In this document: one piece after another, positions 42,229 to 46,559 of the stretch
How positions within the stretch are numbered: position 1 is the first letter of the stretch
How the letters are laid out: each line of letters begins with the position of its first letter
Position numbers and translations under genes: made by a program
Notes under the pieces: model-generated
What the model was told of the DNA's origin: nothing
Seen by the model: the letters and a program-made list of their open reading frames with translations, nothing else
Databases searched by the model: none
Assembly (NCBI GenBank): GCA_019243005.1
Contig: JAFAUY010000332.1
Span: 1-46,559, forward strand
DNA: 46,559 bases
Direction of reading: 5' to 3'
DNA from: Verrucomicrobiota bacterium
GTDB lineage: Bacteria; Verrucomicrobiota; Verrucomicrobiia; Chthoniobacterales; JAFAMB01

Positions 42229-43935
42229 ATGGACCTGACCTCGACCTTTATGGCCAAATCTGTCGGATCACAGAAAGCAAGGGGAGCAGAGATCCTGCTC
42301 GATATCTTACGATCGGAGGGTACCCAATTCATCTTCGGCAACCCGGGTACCACGGAGCTTCCCTTGATCGACGCACTGACGGTAAACCCGGATTTTCACC
42401 ACGTGTGGGGCCTCCAGGAAGCGACCGCGGTGGGCATGGCCGACGGTTATGCGCAGGCTTCGGGCAAACCTGCTTTCGTGAATCTGCACACCTCCGGCGG
42501 CTTGGGCCACGGCATGGGGGCGATCGTGAATGCCAGGATTGCAAGGGTGCCCCTGATCATCACGGCGGGCCAACAGGATCTCCGGCACATCCTGGCCGAT
42601 CCGTTACTGGCGGCCGATCTCGTGGGTATGGCCGGCCCGGTGGCCAAATGGTGCTTCGAACCGAATTCGTTAGATGATCTACCCCTGATCCTTCGGCGGG
42701 CCTTTCATAGTTCCATCTCTCCGCCCCGCGGGCCGGTGTTTTTATCGCTCCCTATGAACATCCTGGACGAAATCGGCTCGCCTCCGGTCCTTCCGCCAAG
42801 CCGCATTGAACTCTCCAGCGTCGGGGCCGGCGTCAAGGAACTCGCCGCCGGCCTTCTGCGCTTTGACCGTTGTCGGACCGTGATCGTGGCAGGAAACGAC
42901 ATCGCCGAACCGGGCTTGGGCAAGGCCATCGCCCGGGTGGCCCAACTGATCGGCGCACCGGTTTACGGGGCGTCCTGGCCGTCGGTGAATAATTATGCTT
43001 CGGTTGATCCTTTCTGGCGCGGTTCCCTTCCGACCACCGCCAAGGGCATTGCGGAAATCCTGGGCCGTTACGATTGCCTGCTCGGCTTGGGCGGAAAAAG
43101 CCTGGTCTCGATCGTTTACACCATGCGCGATCCCATCCCGGCGTCGATCGAGTTTTATCACATCTCGGAGGACGCGCATGATCTGGGCTATAACGATGCG
43201 CCCAAGCTCGGCATTTTCGGCAACGTCCGGGCGACCTTGGAAGCGTTGGCGGAGGAACTGGAACCCAGGGTCCCGCTCACCCTCGTTAACCAAAACATTG
43301 AGGAGGCGCAGCAGAAGAAGGACACGCTCTGGCGTCAACTCATGGAGCGGGCGGATGCGGCGATTCGTGCCGATAGTCGGGTTGAGCCCATCATCGCCGT
43401 CAGGGAGATTTTGCGTCCGCTTCCGGACGGGTTTTTGCTGGTCGATGAGGCGCCCTGTGCAAATCTCTTTACCCAGCCGATGCACCGGTCGACGGGAGCG
43501 CGCCAATATTTTCACAACCGGGGCGGAGTATTGGGTTGGGGCATGCCCGCGGCTATCGGCGTGTCGCTGGCGCACGATTATGCGCCGGTCCTTTGCATCG
43601 TCGGCGACGGGTCCGCGATGTATTCGCCCCAAGCACTCTGGAGTGCCGTTCATGAAGCCGTTCCGGTGGTTTTCGTTGTTCTAAACAATCTTGAGTACGG
43701 AATTCTGAAGCACTTCCTGCTCAGCCAGTCGCAGTACAACGCGGGTGAGCACGGTTTTCTCGCCATGGACATTTGCCGCCCGAAAGTTGATTTCCAATCA
43801 CTGGCACGATCGATGGGCGTCGAGTCCACCTTTGTAAACTCTTACCGGGAAATCGGTGAGGTAGTTGAAACCGCTCTCAACGGCGGCAAACCACATCTGA
43901 TCGAGATCCCCGTTACGGGCGTTGCCGGGAAGTGA
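42229..43935 (+). CDS. Thiamine-diphosphate enzyme, benzoylformate decarboxylase-like
   Basis: GAEILLDILRSEGTQFIFGNPGTTELPLIDAL ... LQEATAVGMADGYAQASGKPAFVNLHTSGGLGHGMGAIVNARIARVPLIITAGQQD ... ThDP motif IVGDGSAMYSPQALWSAVHEAVPVVFVVLNN. Start ambiguous (42169, 42229 or 42250). Confidence 0.9.
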   Translation: MDLTSTFMAKSVGSQKARGAEILLDILRSEGTQFIFGNPGTTELPLIDALTVNPDFHHVWGLQEATAVGMADGYAQASGKPAFVNLHTSGGLGHGMGAIVNARIARVPLIITAGQQDLRHILADPLLAADLVGMAGPVAKWCFEPNSLDDLPLILRRAFHSSISPPRGPVFLSLPMNILDEIGSPPVLPPSRIELSSVGAGVKELAAGLLRFDRCRTVIVAGNDIAEPGLGKAIARVAQLIGAPVYGASWPSVNNYASVDPFWRGSLPTTAKGIAEILGRYDCLLGLGGKSLVSIVYTMRDPIPASIEFYHISEDAHDLGYNDAPKLGIFGNVRATLEALAEELEPRVPLTLVNQNIEEAQQKKDTLWRQLMERADAAIRADSRVEPIIAVREILRPLPDGFLLVDEAPCANLFTQPMHRSTGARQYFHNRGGVLGWGMPAAIGVSLAHDYAPVLCIVGDGSAMYSPQALWSAVHEAVPVVFVVLNNLEYGILKHFLLSQSQYNAGEHGFLAMDICRPKVDFQSLARSMGVESTFVNSYREIGEVVETALNGGKPHLIEIPVTGVAGK

Positions 43936-44121
43936 ATCAAGGACGAGCGCACCATGTGCGACCTCGATCGGTTAAGTTCTGGTACAAATGTAGACAAGAG
44001 CGGAAACGGGCGCCAGGGCCCCCCGCGCTGACACGGAGAGCAAGCCACCGTTAAAAAATGGCAAGCCAATGGAAGCGGAACTTTGAGGCTCCCGTCATTC
44101 TCCATCCCCGTGAACTTACGA

Positions 44122-45012
44122 ATGAAGGCTTTGACCCGCCCCTTGGCCGTGCTGTACGCAGCCGTAATGGCAGTCACGGCGACTCGCGCCGGTTCGACGC
44201 CGGATGCTCCGGCCCCGACCGTTGAAAGCACCCGCTATGGGCTTTTCAACCTGCTGGATCAACGCAGCGCGTATGGTGAAGGGGTCTTCCCGGAGCCTTT
44301 CCTGGTGGATGACTCGGATCTGGAGGTCAATGAGGCCCGCCTGGATTGGTTGCACACCAGCGCAAACGGTCAGCACAGTGACTTCGTGACGACGGAAGTG
44401 GAGAAAGGTTTCGGGCCACTGACCGTGGAATTGGAGGTTCCCTTCGAACGCGACGTAAGCGCGGGGTCAGTCTCCGAAGGCTTCGATAACCTCGACTTGG
44501 GGGTGCGCTGCCCCATTTACCAATTCGTCTCGGCAAACCGGTTTATCGACACCACCTTCGGTACGGCCGTTGAGGTCGGTATTCCGGTCAACTCGTCGGT
44601 GAGCAAGAATGCCGAACTCGTTCCCAAGGTGTTCAACGATCTAAGGCTGGGCGAGCACTTCACGCTCCAATCCATCTTCGGGTATTCGACGCTCTTTGGT
44701 GGCGGGGAAGATGGCGGCTTGCAAACGTTCGAGTACGGCTTCGTCTTTGGCTATACGCTCCAGCACAAAGAACTGCCTTTGCCCGGCGTGCAACAGTTCA
44801 TCCCGGTTTTCGAGTTGCAAGGCGAAACGGAGCTTAACAAACATGAGCGCGGGCATGACAGCCTGCTTGGTAACCTCGCGTTCCGTGCCAATCTTAAAAC
44901 GATCGGTTCGGTCCAACCGCGGCTCGGGTTGGGGTTCGTTTTCCCGATCGATGCGGGGGCGCGCCAGGACGTGCATTGGGGCGTGATTACCAGCTTGGTG
45001 TTTGAGTACTGA
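44122..45012 (+). CDS. Putative outer-membrane beta-barrel protein (MetA/phenol-degradation-like transporter family suspected)
   Basis: Signal peptide MKALTRPLAVLYAAVMAVTATRA. Alternating hydrophobic beta-strand-like pattern. C-terminus ...WGVITSLVFEY ends in an aromatic residue, as in many OM barrels. Confidence 0.55.
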   Translation: MKALTRPLAVLYAAVMAVTATRAGSTPDAPAPTVESTRYGLFNLLDQRSAYGEGVFPEPFLVDDSDLEVNEARLDWLHTSANGQHSDFVTTEVEKGFGPLTVELEVPFERDVSAGSVSEGFDNLDLGVRCPIYQFVSANRFIDTTFGTAVEVGIPVNSSVSKNAELVPKVFNDLRLGEHFTLQSIFGYSTLFGGGEDGGLQTFEYGFVFGYTLQHKELPLPGVQQFIPVFELQGETELNKHERGHDSLLGNLAFRANLKTIGSVQPRLGLGFVFPIDAGARQDVHWGVITSLVFEY

Positions 45013-45044
45013 AATGGCGATAGGATTGGAAATACCCACGTAAT

Positions 45045-45434
45045 ATGAATGGAAGCATGAGTCGTAGGCAATTCCTGAGTCTGGCCGCAGCCATTCTCGC
45101 CGGCCCTAACGCACTCGACGCTTCCACGGGACGCGTCGTGGACGCCGGTCCTGTAAGCACCTACGGTCCGGAAGGAGTGTATGACCGTTTCCGTGACCAG
45201 GGCTTCTTCGTGATCCGTAACGGTAAGCGGCTCCTGGCCCTTTCGGCCTTTTGCACCCACCGCAAATGCAAGCTGGCCGCACAGCCTGACCGTTCATTCT
45301 ACTGCCCGTGTCATGGGTCGACCTTCGACCCCAACGGCAAGGTCACCGCCGGGCCGGCAAAACGGGATCTGCCGCTGTTCCCTGTCGTTGTAAACGAAAG
45401 CGGGCATTTGCTTGTAGAGTTACCCGGCAGGTGA
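45045..45434 (+). CDS. Small Tat-exported Rieske [2Fe-2S] protein
   Basis: Twin-arginine signal MSRRQFLSLAAAILAG. Rieske ligands CTHRKC ... CPCHGSTFD. Confidence 0.85.
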   Translation: MNGSMSRRQFLSLAAAILAGPNALDASTGRVVDAGPVSTYGPEGVYDRFRDQGFFVIRNGKRLLALSAFCTHRKCKLAAQPDRSFYCPCHGSTFDPNGKVTAGPAKRDLPLFPVVVNESGHLLVELPGR

Positions 45435-45440
45435 AAGCCC

Positions 45441-46460
45441 TCAGCGGCCGTTCCGGCTTGCGGGCCGCCCGCGAAATCGCTCCACCAACGCACGCGCGCC
45501 GGGAAACAACGCCGGACAACAGCCAATCTCCTCGCAAAAGGATTTGCTAAAGTGACCCAGGCTGGAATAGCCCACCGCAAAAGCCGCCTCAGTCACGTTA
45601 TAACCGCCGCTTGAAAGCAACTCCGCCGCTTGCTCCATCCGCACTCGACGAAGGTATTGCGGGATCGTGCAGCCGGTGTGTTGTGAAAAGATGCGGCTTA
45701 AATAAAATGGGCTGCACCCGACCCGCCGCGCGAGCTCCTCGAGCGGGGGCGGTTCTTGCAAGGTATCGCGCAAAATCAGCATCGCGGCGTCAACGCGTTC
45801 GCGTGCCAGCCGCCTTTGTCGAGCGCAAAAGAATTCGGGCCGGGCCGGCTCCGGCGTAAAGAACACTTGAGCCGCAAGCTCCAGCGCCTTGCTTTGAAAC
45901 CAGAGGCCCTGCGCGCCCAACGAAACCGGCGGCTCGCGCAGTTGAAAGACCAGCGCCTCCTGACCGGCCGTCATCGCCGTGACCGTTCCGATCACCCCTT
46001 CATGCGATTTGGTTTTCCCATCGAGCAAAGCTTGAGCGGTTGGCTTGAGCCCATAAGGCCTCTTGCCGTCAACGGTTAGGCACCTGAGCAAGAAATCTCG
46101 CGAAAACTTGACTATGGCGAAACGATGTCGCTGCTTGGCGGGCCGCCGAACCTGAAAGCGATTGCCCAAGGTGGCCAGGACCGCATGGTGCCCAAGGGTG
46201 CGGGCAGAATAGCGCGTCTGCCATTTTCCGAATCGCACTTCGCCCTCACTGGATAAATTCAAACAGATTTCTAAGCGGCTGGAATGGAGGTCGGCTCCCC
46301 ACTGGTGATCGCTTTCTGAGGTGAAATCATGTTCTTCGATGCTTAAGCCGAGCTGCGCAAGGTTGCCAAAAACCTGCGGTTCAGTGCCGATACCGTGCGC
46401 CAGCGTAAGGGTAGGCTTTCGAAGGCTGAAGTTGGTTGAGCGGCCGGATTGCGTTGCCAT
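45441..46460 (-). CDS. AraC/XylS family transcriptional regulator
   Basis: C-terminal double HTH: LEELARRVGCSPFYLSRIFSQHTGCTIPQYLRRVRMEQAAELLSSGGYNVTEAAFAVGYSSLGHFSKSFCEEIGCCP. Confidence 0.9.
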   Translation of the reverse strand: MATQSGRSTNFSLRKPTLTLAHGIGTEPQVFGNLAQLGLSIEEHDFTSESDHQWGADLHSSRLEICLNLSSEGEVRFGKWQTRYSARTLGHHAVLATLGNRFQVRRPAKQRHRFAIVKFSRDFLLRCLTVDGKRPYGLKPTAQALLDGKTKSHEGVIGTVTAMTAGQEALVFQLREPPVSLGAQGLWFQSKALELAAQVFFTPEPARPEFFCARQRRLARERVDAAMLILRDTLQEPPPLEELARRVGCSPFYLSRIFSQHTGCTIPQYLRRVRMEQAAELLSSGGYNVTEAAFAVGYSSLGHFSKSFCEEIGCCPALFPGARALVERFRGRPASRNGR

Positions 46461-46559
46461 CTTTACTGAGAACCATTCTCAATAAGTGAAACATGGGCGT
46501 CGCTTCAAATTTAAAACGCTGATCCGTAGGCATTGTTTCGAGTCAAATCGCCGTCTGGC

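Noticed and set aside
42742-43653. 303-aa minus-strand ORF, and the 229-aa plus-strand alternative frame (42995..43684), within the ThDP enzyme gene
   Set aside because: Both overlap a gene with clear ThDP-enzyme motifs. Both are Arg/Pro-rich with no recognisable domains.

Overview
GC-rich bacterial chromosomal window with about 40 protein genes. I recognised no rRNA, tRNA or CRISPR array. It reads as four blocks. (1) 1-9.85 kb is an accessory-looking patch. It holds the 3' end of a polymorphic-toxin-like gene (GH-E-like HNH/EndoVII nuclease tail) with a tightly coupled DUF4241 gene. Next comes a same-strand three-gene cluster: an NPCBM + GT8-like + SAM-methyltransferase fusion, a triple-GT2 glycosyltransferase, and an 800-aa DUF4157 (HExxH) effector-like protein with a PD-(D/E)xK-like core and 42-nt tandem repeats. 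The patch ends in a DUF1360 gene and a decayed IS200/RAYT-like Y1 transposase beside a possible SDR relic. (2) 9.9-18 kb carries a GH18 chitinase, an MpaB/DUF2236 oxygenase flanked by AT-rich inverted repeats, a frame-disrupted glgX, an S53 sedolisin, a 0.9-kb coding desert with strong hairpins, and a DUF4410 lipoprotein. (3) 18.0-29.8 kb is a complete purine-to-glyoxylate catabolic cluster: guaD, uraD, uraH, uricase, allantoin racemase, puuE, allantoicase, allA, xdhC, and a single-polypeptide XdhA-XdhB xanthine dehydrogenase. (4) 30-46.5 kb mixes an ABC-2 exporter pair, oxidoreductases, TauE, MFS, an alpha/beta hydrolase, DUF4440, DoxX, an orphan 303-aa protein, a benzoylformate-decarboxylase-like ThDP enzyme, a beta-barrel outer-membrane candidate, a Tat-Rieske protein and an AraC regulator, plus two gene relics (HAD-IIA N-terminus, Zn-ribbon kinase-like N-terminus). 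The best candidates for something undescribed are the toxin/immunity plus glycosyltransferase plus DUF4157 cluster at the left end and the structured non-coding island at 16.4-17.3 kb. All domain calls come from motif recognition by eye, not database searches.
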